Below are positions 36,315 through 50,400 of a stretch of 64,000 nucleotides of DNA, one piece after another. The notes below the pieces were generated by a model that saw only the letters and a program-made list of their open reading frames with translations, had not been told where the DNA came from and did no database searches. The DNA lies in the NCBI GenBank assembly GCA_965202585.1, contig OZ241830.1:72726001-72790000 (forward strand). Reading direction: 5' to 3'. A program made the translations under genes and the position numbers. Source of the DNA: Thalia democratica (lineage: Eukaryota). Position 1 is the first letter of the stretch. Each line of letters opens with the position of its first letter.

Positions 36315-38798
36315 GTTTAAAACTTCTCGATTATTCTCTACAGTAAAATTGTAAAATTATTGGCAAACACTTTTTACAACAAAAAAAAAACATAGATAAA
36401 ACTTGTTTGTTAATAGTTAATTTAAACTTGTTTAAACAAAACATTTAAAATATTTGGATACTTTTCTCTAAGCTTTAAATATTTAGTATGTGATTCCAAA
36501 AGTTACAGTATCTAATTTAATAAAACTCGTTAGAATTCTGATTAATGCAAAAAATAACAAAATGCATTCTTAAACTAAATTTCAACATCTGAAAAATAGA
36601 GCTTGGAAATCAAAATAAATCAACTGTTTTAATTTTTAAGTTTACAATAATGCTTTTAACGTTATAAATCAAAAATTCTATACTAATCTTCTCTTTTTAA
36701 TTTCTAAAAAAAAAAAGAAGTTGTAAATTCTAAGATGTAAACTTTGAAGCAACTTTTTACTAAATTAATATAACATAAGTTTTTTGATATATTTGCTTCA
36801 CAAAAAACGTTTATTGTAAAAACAAAACACAAACAAAAGACTAGCACAATTTTTGCAATAAGCCAAAACAGGAATATAGACTTTACATTGTTTTATATTT
36901 AAAACCAATTTAACCTCTTTTTTCTAAAGTAATTCAACGTGTTGTTATTGTAAAACTTTATATACTATTTTAAATCAATATCAAAACCCTTTTGCTTTTT
37001 TTCATGACTTATATCATCTGCTATACAGTTACTTGATAACTAAGAAATACAAAGCATTTTTAATGCAATGAAATAAACAAACGTAAACTAAATATAAAAA
37101 CTGTATTACTTAAGTAGAATAATAAGTGAATAAATAAATGTTGAGTCGGAAATAAATTAACTAAAATTTTAAGACAAGTTATGCATTTTTTTGCTTAGAT
37201 GCATTCACCAATTTTTCGCCACTTTTAGCGCTATAGAGCAAAACTTTCCAATCGAAACGGGTTCTGACTCTCGTTGAATTTCAGTTACATATTGTTAAAT
37301 TCAGCATTATTATTCAATACATAACAACATTGTAAACAAATAAAATTAGCCCTAGAAATAATGATTAATGACCTTTATACAAACTTTCAAACAGAAATAC
37401 AAAATGATTTTTAGTTTACTACCAAGAGCAAATTTCTTACTCTTAGCTTGAAAACAAAAAGTAACCAAAATAAATTTAAAAAAATGTTTACAATTGTAAA
37501 ATCAAAAAAGGTGTAAAAAAAATTAAAATTTTCAGGTGAGTTTATAAACATAAGATCTATGGACCATTTTATTTATTTGAATTTTTTTAAATTTTAATAC
37601 TATTAATAAAAATAGAAAATAAAACTGAAATTCAAACGAGAATCACAAATCTTCCAATTTGTGTGAGTGCAACAAAAATTAAAAAAAAAAATTTAAATCA
37701 AATATGTATTAACTATAGAATTTTCTAGTGACTTTTAAGCTTCGACAATCATTTTAAATATAATACTTTTGTTTGTTAATATTAAAACTCCAAAATCATT
37801 ATTTTACGAACTTATAGTATATCAATTGACAATATTAGTAAGATCTTCAGTTATAATACATAACTAAAAATCAAAATAAACTTTTATTGAGAAAGCTTAG
37901 CTTAAGTTTACAATTGTAATTAAACGCATATAATCTGGTAAAGTTATAAAAAAACTAATGAATACTAGTAAAAAGCTTAAGGCTACTATTACTAAAACTG
38001 TTATACAAACTTGTTTCCAAATTACTTTAAGTAAGTAAAGCTTGTGAGTTAATAAACCAACCGTAAATCAATAAATTTGAAACTTTCTTCTTTGACAAAC
38101 TGTTCCTAGGTTCTTGGACCAAATATTTTGACGCTTTTCTATTTTTTTTATCGCTCAATAAACAATTGGATGCAAGTTAGAAATGTCGATGTTGAATGAA
38201 AAAATAGTATACAACATGAAAATTTATTAAGATATACTAGGATTTTAATAAATAAACTTTTTGTTTTAACAATTTAAAAACATATATTTATTTAACACAT
38301 AGTATTAGCTTTAAAACATAACCTTTAAGTTAATCAATTCTAAAAATATTTAACTTTATATCTGATATCATAGTTAAACTAATTAACTTGAAAAAAAAAA
38401 TTACAGTAAATACTTATTACAAAGTTGCCACTCTTTGATCTGTCTTAGGTGACCAAAAACTGTCCTGACTATCCTGAATTTTTCCAGATCCGCAAAAATA
38501 TTTTTTTTAACTTACAAAATCAATAGAAATTAAATTCATCAACATAACTGTCTATAAACTACCAAAATATTGAAACTAAACCAACTAAGTCTCTTTAAAG
38601 GTCTTAGAAAAATATTATAAATAAAATACAATAGTTTACAACAATCAAAAAAAAAAAACTTAAAGTAAAAATATTGATGTAAAGGTACCACCAAGAGCTC
38701 ATTTAGGGTCACACTAAACTTCAAAAAAAAAAACAAGGAGACTGCTTGAAATTAATTCTATCTACTATAAGGACAATTTTTTTTATCTCTATCTACTA

Positions 38799-39005
38799 CA
38801 GTGTTGCCACTTTTTAAATGTCATTCAAAATTTATAAAAAAACTGGTGTGAGACTTTCAAATATTGTAACACTAACATAAGTTTTACTGAAATACTATAC
38901 TGGCCTGAGTAATCCTGAGTTGAAAAAATCAACTAGCCTGAGTTGACCTGAGATTTACAAATATTTCAAGCTGTCATGAGTTATACCAAGTGTGTGGCAA
39001 CCTTG
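38799..39005. mobile_element. MITE of the CAG(G/T)GTTGCCAC family
   Basis: Starts cagtgttgccac and ends gtggcaaccttg; TSD unclear. Confidence 0.6.
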
Positions 39006-41163
39006 CTATTATCTTTATTTTTACCTAAAAGTTTCAAAACGTTTTCAAGTTAGTTAAGTTACTATAAAAAATAAAATTTACTTAACAATTTTGGTGCACA
39101 AGACTTTTCTTTTATTTATATACTGTGAACACAACTTTTAGAGTAAGAGAACTACTTACCAAAACTTCTGTTTGCATTCATCTCATTTAATAGCCGCTAA
39201 ATAAGATATTTGTTAATACCATATTTTAAGTTTAACTTTAAAAATAAAACTTGCTTTCCAATAAGATAACTTTTGTAGTTTTCATTCAAAAAATTACAAA
39301 ACTTTTTAAACTAAGTACAGGTTCAGAAATTAATCACATAAACACAATAAGACACAACTGAAAAGCTTTTGAAATGATTATAAAAGTCTTAACCTCATAG
39401 TTTACAACTCAAAAAATTATAAAAAAATCATCATGAATAACAATATATGATAAGCTTGGTCCATTCATAAGCAGAAAAAAAAAGTAAAATTTAAGAAGAT
39501 CCACTGCTTTTCAATTGTTTTTACAATTTATATACTTTAATATCTAGAGAAAAGTAATGTTTTTTTTATTAGCTTTAAAAAATAATGTGTAGGTATATTT
39601 AAAATAAACACAGGGAAGTGGCAACCTTGTTTCGAATATTTTAAATATTTAACTTTAAAAAATGCACCTTAAATACTGTTATTTCAACAGCTCTTCTAGG
39701 AATTACCATTTAATAATAATGATTAAATTTTAAAAACGATGAGAAATAATAAATGAACGCTGGTTGCATTGAGTTTGGAAAACATTTACAAGATTTAAGC
39801 CTAAATAGAAAAGTAAAAAATAAATGAATATGTATTGGAAAAATATAAGCCTAAAACTGTTTTGTAACTTTGAAACAAAGTTGATATTGAATGATTTGTT
39901 TTCTAACCATTTAACACAGTATCAACATCCAAACTCCTTTCATTTCAGTAGAAATGAAACTTTAGTTCTAAATCCATTTAAATTTGCATAAACAAGTATC
40001 CCATTACACTATTACAGGGTATAAAATTATATACTTAATAACATTTCATTACATGTGTACTCATTAATATAAACAGCAGCACACTAACTTGAAAATCTTC
40101 ATTAATTTTTCTCACAGAATTCTCTAGGATAATACAAATTCTATTAGATTAAATATTGCTGTTTGATACTACGTTCAGCTGTGAAATTTAATAATTGACT
40201 GGATTTGTAATAAAAAATAAAAATTTATTATGTTACATGGGTATTACCCTATTATCGTTTATGTTTCACTATAATTTTTTTTAATTATAGAAACAACTGT
40301 TGGTAAAACTAAAAATGTAGAAATAAAAAGAAAAATTTTGTAGAGTTTTAACATAACTCGACAAAAACTGATTGCTTAAATTTAAACAAAGTAACAGAAT
40401 ATTGATTATAAAAATACTTGCGTTTGTCATTTTGCAATATAAGTTCGTTTATTTACTCGTATATTAATCATATGAATCATATCATATAAGTCATATCATA
40501 TGACATTATAAAAGTATGTGTTGAACTTTTAAAATTCATATAGATAAAATTCCATTTTTTTTATTGATAACAAACTAAATTTAAGCTTCAAATAATAGTA
40601 AAAAATAATTATTTTTTAATTGCAGATTTTTATGATAGTTTTATTTCAACACTTGTCGTTCAATCAATAAGCACATAAAAGGTACGTAGGTCGTAGACTG
40701 AGTATAACTTTACTAGCAAATCAAAAATTTTAATTTTGAAGCATCTTTTTTTTTTCAACACTTAAAGCGTTTTTTTAGTAAACAAGTTTAAAAATATGCT
40801 TAGCATTTTCTTTCATTGTACCTTCAAAGTTATCTAAAATTACAATATAATTGTTTATTGAAAAATTACTTTCAAAAAGTTTTGTCCAAGGACCTGGTGT
40901 ACAAAAAACCTTTCGGTTATCGAGTCATACACCCGAACAGTTTAACGTCATGCCCAGGACAACGAGAAAACAAATCACGATTTTATATCTAAATAATTTG
41001 GCAGCGATGTATATCACTGAAAAGTTGAATTATTTACAAACATTTGTTTGTTTTATCTTAAAGTTTTAAAATTCTCGTGTAATTTTTTGAAAAAAAAAAA
41101 ACTAAAATAACCGGTTTTTAAATTAGGTGATGACTTCACTTACAAAACAATAAGTACGGCTTG

Positions 41164-41364
41164 TATACTTAAAGATCAGTCTGAGCTGAAAAAAGCTTAG
41201 TCAGCAAAAAAAAAAAATTATTTATAACTTTATTTATTTGAACTTTATTTTTTGATTAATTTTTTATACGTTTAGTTAGGGATAAGGGTATAAAAAATAG
41301 TGTAAAAAAGGGCTATACAATTATTGACTGAGCTTTTTTCAGTTCAGACTGATCTATAAATATA
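41164..41364. mobile_element. Palindromic MITE (~200 bp, possibly TA-flanked Tc1/mariner-type)
   Basis: tatacttaaagatcagtctgagctgaaaaaagcttagtca pairs with tgactgagcttttttcagttcagactgatctataaatata. Confidence 0.7.
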
Positions 41365-44300
41365 CTTTCTCATTAGGTACGTTACGATAAAACAACAAGT
41401 TTAAAATTTGTCATTATTCGACTTAAAATGTATAACTGATGAGTAATATATACCAAGCCTAACCCACCCTACCCCTACTTATAACAAAATAATCGAAAGA
41501 AAACTTAATTTAATCGAAATTCAAGTTTAACCAATCAGAAGCGCCTAGAACTTGCAGCTGAATACAAAAGCGAAGACTGGTGCGACCGTAACTATTGAGT
41601 GCACTTTCGACATAATCTTGTTGGAGCCACGAGAAGATGAAAGTTTTATTGTCCTAAATTTTTTTATTGATTTTGTGGAACGACAAATATATCATTCAGC
41701 TTCAATCAAGAAGGAGAACTGCTATTATTTTAAGAAAATCTACAAAATAATAACTTCTTTCTATTAGTAATAAGTTAAATAACGCGCGTGAAAATCTTAT
41801 TTAAGAAAAATTTTGGTATTATAGCATAAATCTTTGGAAACTTTTTTTTAAAGTTAGATAATAAAATTTTGTGATGTAAAACAATAATGTTAACAAAATT
41901 TAAGTTCTTTTTTTTAGTTTAACAACTGTAATTTTTTATATAAGGATATACAAAATGATTACCGATTCTTAGTTGGAATTTTTTTTTTGTATTATTATTT
42001 TGTATTAGTTGGACTATTTTTTATGTACGAAAAAAGTTAGTCTTCATTTAAAAATAGTTATATTTCTAAGAAGAAAAACAAAATGCGGAAGACGTTTGAA
42101 AATAAACTATGATTTTGTGAGTTAATAATAAAAAACCAAAATCAAATAGCCACACTACCTTTACATAGTTATTAGTTTAATAAGGACTTCATAATTTTAA
42201 AAGGAATTTATTTTAAAACTAAATTTATTTATCGACGTACAAGTGTGGCTTTATTCACGATGTAAATTTTACCGTTTCTACTTAAATTCTTTAGTTTTAA
42301 AAAACCATAGCTTCTTTAACTCTACTTGTGAAATAATGTTTTGTACAGAATTTTTAGTTTAATTTGTCTAGTTTTCCAAATTTTATATTTTTTTAGGTTG
42401 GAATAGTATGAGTTGTGCTGTAGCATAGATGAAAGTTGTAAATTTTGCAGTAAATATAGCAAATCTGACAAAAAATTAAGAGTTTTCACTTAATATAGCA
42501 CTCTGCATTTGTCTTCAATTTATTTTTTTAAAAACTAATAAATTATTAAGTTATAAGCTTAATTAATAAGTATTGAAAATTTACTGTTTTTAGTATACTA
42601 TGGTATGTCTCATCAATCATTAAGAAGTAGTTGTTTAGCTTGTAACCGGACTATTAAAAAGTAATTTTTTTCAAAAGTTTGTTTAATAAGTTTAAATTGA
42701 TTATAAAAACATTTAAGTTTTTTATTTGACTGATATTAAAAATAATTTGAGTCATCAAAGTGTAGTTATAATATTGGTTATTAAATCAAAAAAATGTTTT
42801 AGATTGTTACAAATTAAACTAAACTTTCAAGACAGTGTTAGATATATCTTTCGCAAATTAACAAAACATACATATATTAAAAAATGTTAGTGAACATATA
42901 TAATAATTCTTTTTTTAAATTTATTCAAAGCCTAATAAAGCCCTATTTTATTCAAACCAGAAAAAAATCCAATAAAAGTGCTTAATAAATAAAGTTATAG
43001 CGTATTAATTTTACTTCTAAAAATACAATGAAAATCTATGGCAACAAAACAAATTCATAAGGAAGTCTAGTAAAAATATAAATTAGTTATGTAAAAGAGC
43101 TGAGTAATTTTTAATACTTGCGTCTAAACCTTTTTTAACAACTTTCTTTCATAAAAACGAAAACCAAAAACTAGAAGGTTATTTTAAAACTCTAAAAATA
43201 TTTATATATAATTAAAAAAATCCCTTACCGTTTTCAAAGCCGCAGACAGTGAAATATTGGAGAAAAATTTTTGTGCACTCCGATACTTAACAACTACAAA
43301 AAATATATAACAAAGTTTTAAACTTTTTCAGTGTCTTTATATTTAAGTAATTAATGAAAACACTTAATTCATGTTGCTATGTATATCTTTTATAACATAA
43401 AAGTTATAATATAACCGTGCTGTATAAAACATTTTTTCACTTCACTAACCTATTTGTGCTAAGTAAAACAATATTTATGCACATACTTTGCACAGGTGCA
43501 CGCTTTAGTAATTTTTTTTTGTATTTCAATTATTCTTATGATTGAACACTTGAAAAATTGCCTTTTTAAAATGTTCCTTTTTTCTGGTTAGTTTTGAAAT
43601 CTTAAGCTAGTGAAAATTTCAGTTGAAAATATGTCAAACTTTATTTGCTTTGTCAACACTTTCGTTTAAGAAACTTACAATGCAAATAATTGTAAAGCAA
43701 CTTTAATTGTGTTTTGTAATAAAAAAAAAAAAAGATGACAAAATCTTTTTATCTGTATGATAGATTTTTCGTGTCAAATCAAAAATTTACTACTTAACAT
43801 TTCATTACTTAAAAATTGTTTAAAAATTTAAAGTTTTTTTTTTAAATTTCTCAAAATCCAAGTTCCTCTAGGTGTTTTAGCCTAAACTGTCAGATTCCAG
43901 GTTTTTTTGCCACCTTGAATATCTTTTTTGAAAAATAATTAAAATTCAATAGCTTTGTTCTAAGCAATTCTAAAAAATTTGGAAAACATTATTATCAATA
44001 TAAACAAACAAAAGCAAATGTTGTGATTTGTTAATTCAAAAAATGTCACATTATGCCATGTTTTATAACTATCATTTCTAAATAAGTCGCTAAAATTAAA
44101 TTTTTTTATCATCTTGAATTATTTAGGTTTTTTTTTACATTATTATTACGACAAAGAACTATTACTAAAGTTTTAAATTTCTTTAGAAAAAACAGAAATC
44201 ATCTTTACAAATGAAAAAAACAGTTTTCGCAAAATAAAATCATTAAATTAATTAAAAATTTAATCTTTTACTAAGTTCAATTTATAGTTTTCATAATCAA

Positions 44301-44403
44301 GTAGTAGCAATCGAAAACTGCAAAACATTCTAAAAAAGGTAAAATATCAAATAAAACAAATTCTCCTAAAATGAAATGAAGCAGCACAAAGTAGCATAAC
44401 TGG

Positions 44404-47400
44404 TTACCAAGTCAACCGTTGCGCATGGTCGATTTTCTTCTTTGTGGGTTTTATGAATCCCATAAACTGAAGTTCTGAAATCGCACTGAAAAACCTTGCC
44501 CTGTAAAATTTAGATAAAATTCAAATTACATAATACAACTAGCTATTGAATAACATCGATTGATAGTAATTTACAATAAAAATTAAACTATCTATTTAAT
44601 ACAATTTTATAATTATTGAGATTTTATTCAGTATTTAGTTATGTTTAGTGTAAGTATTTCAAAATATACAATTCAAACAAGTTTTTGTAGTAACGTACTA
44701 CTTTATGGTAGGCTGGATTTGAGATTGATTTAACAGTTTAGACAGGGGTTTCCCAAACTTTTTTTCACATGGCTCCCTTTAAACAAATTTAAATAAGGTG
44801 AGGCCCCCTTCAACAAGACTACTCAAAAACTACCATTAAAAACACCTAAAACTTTTTTTGTTATGCTCTTCATCAGCAACTCCGGAATATCTAGTGTAAG
44901 TTACAAATTATGACCTCATGGCCCCTTTACTTCTCATGGCCCCTGAGTATCTGTCATAGCTTCCAAGGGGGCCACTTGGCCTACTTTGGGAAACCCTGGT
45001 TTAGACTCACTCTCAAACAACACAATTTCATATTATAATAGTTAACTGTAATTAGAAACGTCAACATTTTTTAACTTCAATACTTTTTAAATTTATTTCA
45101 AAACGTTTTTTTATCGTTTTAAGCTGCAAATGTTGTCTACTTCTTCAGTGCTTTATAAAAACAGTAATGTATAAAAAATAAGACTTTTTATTTATATAAC
45201 TAGTATTATTTGAACATTTCTCTTTGAAATTTACGGTTCGCCTTAAATATTTCTTTTTATAAAATCTGATGTTAATAAAAACAGTTCATCTTATTGTTAA
45301 ATAAAAAAATTTCCAATTTTTTAATCATTTTAAGCTCAATTATTTTCTTCTTCTTACACTGTTTATACTAGGGGGTATGTTAAAATATTTTATTTTCATT
45401 ACCTTCTAAAACAGTTTCAAATTGTGTTTAAAGCTCACAAAATTTTTTTGGTTGAGTTGTCTCACTACGAAAGCTAGCCACCAAAGATTTTAGATTGGAG
45501 AATTGTCGAAAATTTTTGGGCTAAAATTTGCTGAGTCAGCAATTATTTATTTATTTTATTTTTAACTTTTAACACTAAAACTTAATTTTTTGTTATATTT
45601 TCGGGTAAGTTGGGTTAGAGATAAGGGCATAGATTTTAAATAACTATTTTTTATTTATTTTTCAAAAACTTTGCAGACTCAGCATTTTGCAAGTTGGCAA
45701 TTTTACTTGCAGGTTTTTCAAGCTACCCCTAAAACCCATTGTAGTAATTGTATTTTGTTTCCGTTCTTCAAAGAACTTTCTAATGTAAAACTTACTCTCT
45801 ATAATGATATGTTTTAAATCTTAAATTTAAAGTGAACAAAAAGCAAATAGAGGTTAGTCAATGCCAATAGTTTGGCAAAACATTAATGTTAACTTAGTTT
45901 TTCATTGGGTGTTTTGCTTTGTGTACACAAAGTCATCAAATGCAGTAAAGATAAAACTTAAATCTATTCGTGAGTCTTACAGAGCATTTGTAAAGTTTTC
46001 TTACGAGAAAAGGAGTGAAATATATAATACCTGAATGTTTTTTGAGAACCAATGCATACTCCTTTTGACGTCATAGCTAATGTGAAATATTTGGGAAACC
46101 TGTAGGGTGTAAAAGTGGTTGATGAAGTTTTATAATTCAAAAATATGTCAGTTTCCACAAACAGGATATTGCTCATCATTTGTTCATAGAAAATGAAAAA
46201 TATCAAAAGAAAAGTAAAGTTTAAAAATCTTATTGAGCATATGATATGAACACTTTGCCAGCATCTTGTAATACTAACAGACTAGATTCATATGTAGAAG
46301 CAATTGTTATTTGCTCAACTACAAATGATGATAAGTGACAACTCAACTATTGTATACTTCAATGATGGATCTTGAATGGGTAGAGTTCGCAATTTTGTGG
46401 TTCAATCTGTCACAATTAATGGAAAGCAGCGGACTTTACTAACCATGAGCATTTTTACAAAGTCTCGTGAAAGCTTAGCTGAGTTTGAGAAATCAAAAAT
46501 AAAAACATTATCAGCTGCCGCAGGCTACAAATATTTTGCAAAAGTTTCTACATGAAAAAGTTAATTCTTTAATCACTGATAGCACCGCCCATAATCTAAA
46601 AGTGTTTGACTCTGTTTGTCAAGATCTGGGAGCTGAGCAATCCCCTACCTCTGTGGCCTGTAACATGCATGTGTTAACGATGTTCCAACAAAAAGCTCAA
46701 AAAGTATAAGATAATCATCTTACATTGAAGTCAGATTGGCTAAAAAGGCATTCTAACATGAAAACCGAGCTCTTCAATTTTCAGGTTTAAAAGCGCAGGA
46801 AGAAACTTGACGTCTGATGAGTATTGAAACCTAATCTCAGACTTAGACAACTTGCAGTCACAAATATCAATTATAATAACACACTTACAAAAAGTTTTTA
46901 CAGCATTACATCCGGAAAATTTATATAAAAAGCAAACTAATTGAACATGTTTGGGGCCAGGTAGTTACGTTGCTGTATTTTGTATTGACAGGTAAGTATG
47001 AAAAGCATTTAGCTAATGTGGTAGAAATTTGCATCAGAAATCACAGCAAAGAAGGTTAGATTTGGATATCTCCTGAAGTGCCTGAAGTTATTGAAATACT
47101 AATAGACAAGTATTAGAGCAGGGGTCGGCAGGCAGTTGGTGGTCGCGGGCCAAATTTCAAGTTTACAAAGTCTTCGCGGGCCGCAGTTTTAGTCTTAGTG
47201 ACATTTGAATAATCTTTTAGTTTTAGTTTTAGTCGCACTAGAGAAAAGTTTTACTTTTATTCACCTTATCATTTTAAATAACTTTTAGCTATACATAGAA
47301 TGACTATTTACATTAATTTAAATAAAATTAGAATAAAGTTTACGTTGACTAATATACTTAAAAGTTAATAAACTTTGTACTTTCATAAGCACTTACTAAG

Positions 47401-50400
47401 TTAAATTTAATACTTTTGTAATTTTACATACAATTTAACTCTCTATAAAAACCAAACTTGAATGTAATTTATTAGTAACTTTTATATATTTGTTATATTA
47501 TCAACCCCATTTTTCATATTTCTAAGAATAAAACTTCAAAAAAAAGTTTTTGCAAGTTAAATAGTTTACATTCATTAAAAAATTTAGTAATTAGTTAATT
47601 TAATTAAATTAATACCTGTTTGTATTATAGAAAGCTAGAACAAATTCTTTAATATAATTAATTCTCGAATACTTAAATAAAATATCTTATTAGTATCTAG
47701 TCTTTTACATGGTTGTCACTGAAAAAGAAAAATGTCTGAGTTGTATCAAACCAGCCTAAGTTCATTAAAAGTTTAAAAAGTTAGTAAATCGTTGTAAATC
47801 AAGCTTAAGTACCTAGTAAAAATATCATCATCATTAAAAAGTACACAAAGTGTAAAAAACAAGAAAAAATTACAATTAGTAAACTACACTACAGTCATAA
47901 AAACTATTCTGGGAATTCTAAGATTTATTTTAAGTGTTTGAAATAAAAGTTTCACACACATCTGAGTTTTCAAGCTTTTAAAATAGCCTGTTTGTGTAGC
48001 AACTCAGTTAAAACAAAGTTTACAACATAAAGAAATAACGAAACTTATTAACAGTAAACAAATTACATGCCAAAAAAATATAAGTCAGCTGGAATGGGCA
48101 ATTAACTTTCTTAAACATTTTTAACAAAAGTATAAAACTTAATTGAGTCATTAGCGAAGAGAAAAACCTCTTTTTTATTAAACATTACAGCAATTCTTTA
48201 TCTGCAATAACAATTTAAAAATATTAGTTGTAAAATTAAAAAGACGAGGAACAAAAAAAAACGTTAGTTAGGAGTTATTGCGAGAAACGATAAAAAAACA
48301 AATCACCAAAGTCAGTTCCAACAAAGCACATGATTATCTTCAGTAACTACAGAATTATCAGTAAAAAGTTGTTAAGGCAAGTTATAAAGTAGCAAAATTT
48401 ATTATTAATAATGAGATACCGTTTATAATTGAAAACTTTTTTAAAGAATTTTTGTTGGCAGTAATGAAAAACTTTTGTATATTTCTTCAATGACAACAAA
48501 AAGTCCTATTTAGGAAATGCATTAAGGTTATAAAGTCGCATAAATCAAGTTATGACTTTAATCAATATGTTAAGATGAGAGCACTGAAAGAAAAACTATT
48601 GCTCATCTGAGAATTTTTATTAGAGATGTTTTTTAACTTTGACACTTTAGTATAATTTCTTGGTTTAGTTCAACACGAAGCACAACAATCGGTGAAGTTT
48701 TACAAGTAAAGGTGCAATGCACCAAAAGTTTTTAGAAGTACAATTCCTTGTTTTATTTCTAGTATAAAGTTTAATTAAAGTTTAAAAAGTGTCTTATAAA
48801 GTATATCAATATTAAAAAACACTGTTAAGCTACTTTAGTATATTTTTTTAAAAATAAATGTTTATTTGCTAAATTTTTTGTGTCAAATTGAAATTTCACT
48901 ACTTTACATGTAAAAATTGTTTGAAACTCCAGGTTTTTTCAAAAATTCTCAAATTCAATTTTTTTTTCCAAATTTTTTAAGCATAAATTTTCAAGTTCAT
49001 AGCTTAAAACTGAAACTAACACTTTGGGTTGAGCAAAACTTACATCATCAGTTCAATTTGCCACTCTTTTAAGCAAAAAAGCCAGCCTGAATTAACAAAA
49101 ACATTCCTGATATTTTTGTATACAAAAAACAATTCTAGCCAAAAACTTATAAAATGACTTAGTTGGCCTGAGATTTGAAGTCTTCAAATAGTGATAGTCT
49201 GAGTGTGTGTCAATGTTTATAAACTATCCCTAAGTCTAGTTTATATTAGATATGTAGCTCCAAAAAACAGCAAATGTGTGTATTGATATGCAAAGCATAA
49301 AAGTTAACTTAGTTTGACAAAATCAATGTTTGAAAAATGAAAATGTATTCCTAACAAAAACTATATTAGTTTATGTCATATATACTGTTTTAATTGTGTC
49401 TGTACAAATTTAGATATTACATGTAGAAAAAACAAACTTAGAAAATTATGCATAAACTAAACTTAAACTAACTAAAGTATTTTATAAAAAGTGGTTTAAA
49501 ATATGAGCATTTTTTTAAGTTGGTGTGCATATAAATTAGTTCAAGTGCAAAGAAAACTTCTAAAAAATTAAAATGCGTCAAAACAAAACTTAAATAAACC
49601 TTTTTTTCTTATTACTATGTTATTTTAAATGTTTTTACACTAAAACATAACATTTACAAATAAAAAATATATAAAAGAAACTGAGGTATAAAAAATATTG
49701 GAAATAATATCTAAGCTATAAAGAAATGACACTTTAGTTAATTACTGTGCATTACTTTTGTACAAAATGGAAAACATTTGCATTTAGTTTATTTGATAAA
49801 TAGGTATAATATAACTAACTTATTAAATTCAAGCACTCTGTTTTTAAGACAATTACTTGCTGTTGTAAAATAGAAGTTATTATGAAACTCAGAAAAATAT
49901 CCTGTTAGAATGCTAATCTGTCTTTTTCACATTTTTAAATTAAAGTAGTAACTTCTTCTAATTATTTTTAAATGTTTTACAGAGACTTAAAACCAAACTA
50001 AACAAATTAAATCGAATTACCGAAAAAATTTTTACTTGAAATATATTTTTGCTCAGCGGGCCACTTTTACATGCTCGCGGGCCACAAAATTTTCTTTCGC
50101 GGGCCGCATTCCATTCAAAAAAATAACGTGCTCGCGGGCCGCAATTGGCCCGCGGGCCGCAGTTTGCCGACCCCTGTATTAGAGCATTGATGTTTCATAC
50201 TTTTGTTTAAGTCGAACAAAATGCTGTATAAACAATGAAACTACTATAAGCTTAAACACAGTATTTGAAAAGAAAAATGAACAAGATCAGTTATTGACGT
50301 AAACATTTAAAAAACCTTAAACATTGTTAATTTGTTACCTGTCTTTTGCGTATATGTTGCTGACTTTAGACAATTTTTGCCTAATATAAGGAGCCCTGGT

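Larger units (their letters stand above)
33160..40990. repeat. Copy B of the diverged ~7.5-kb block (partner of 7770-15380), interrupted by younger MITEs
   Basis: Same collinear anchors as copy A. Confidence 0.7.

Noticed and set aside
10273-38736. Many short F/L/I/K-rich ORFs in AT-rich DNA (e.g. 10273, 12639, 14157, 25117, 25792, 29381, 34067, 38539)
   Set aside because: Compositional artefacts of AT-rich non-coding sequence; no motifs or splice-consistent context.
41520-41767. CCAAT motif (ttaaccaatcag) and a 71-aa ORF
   Set aside because: May be a promoter, but a single motif is not enough evidence; the ORF has no coding signature.
45964-46206. 80-aa minus-strand ORF
   Set aside because: Lies inside the decayed long-TIR element; no motif.
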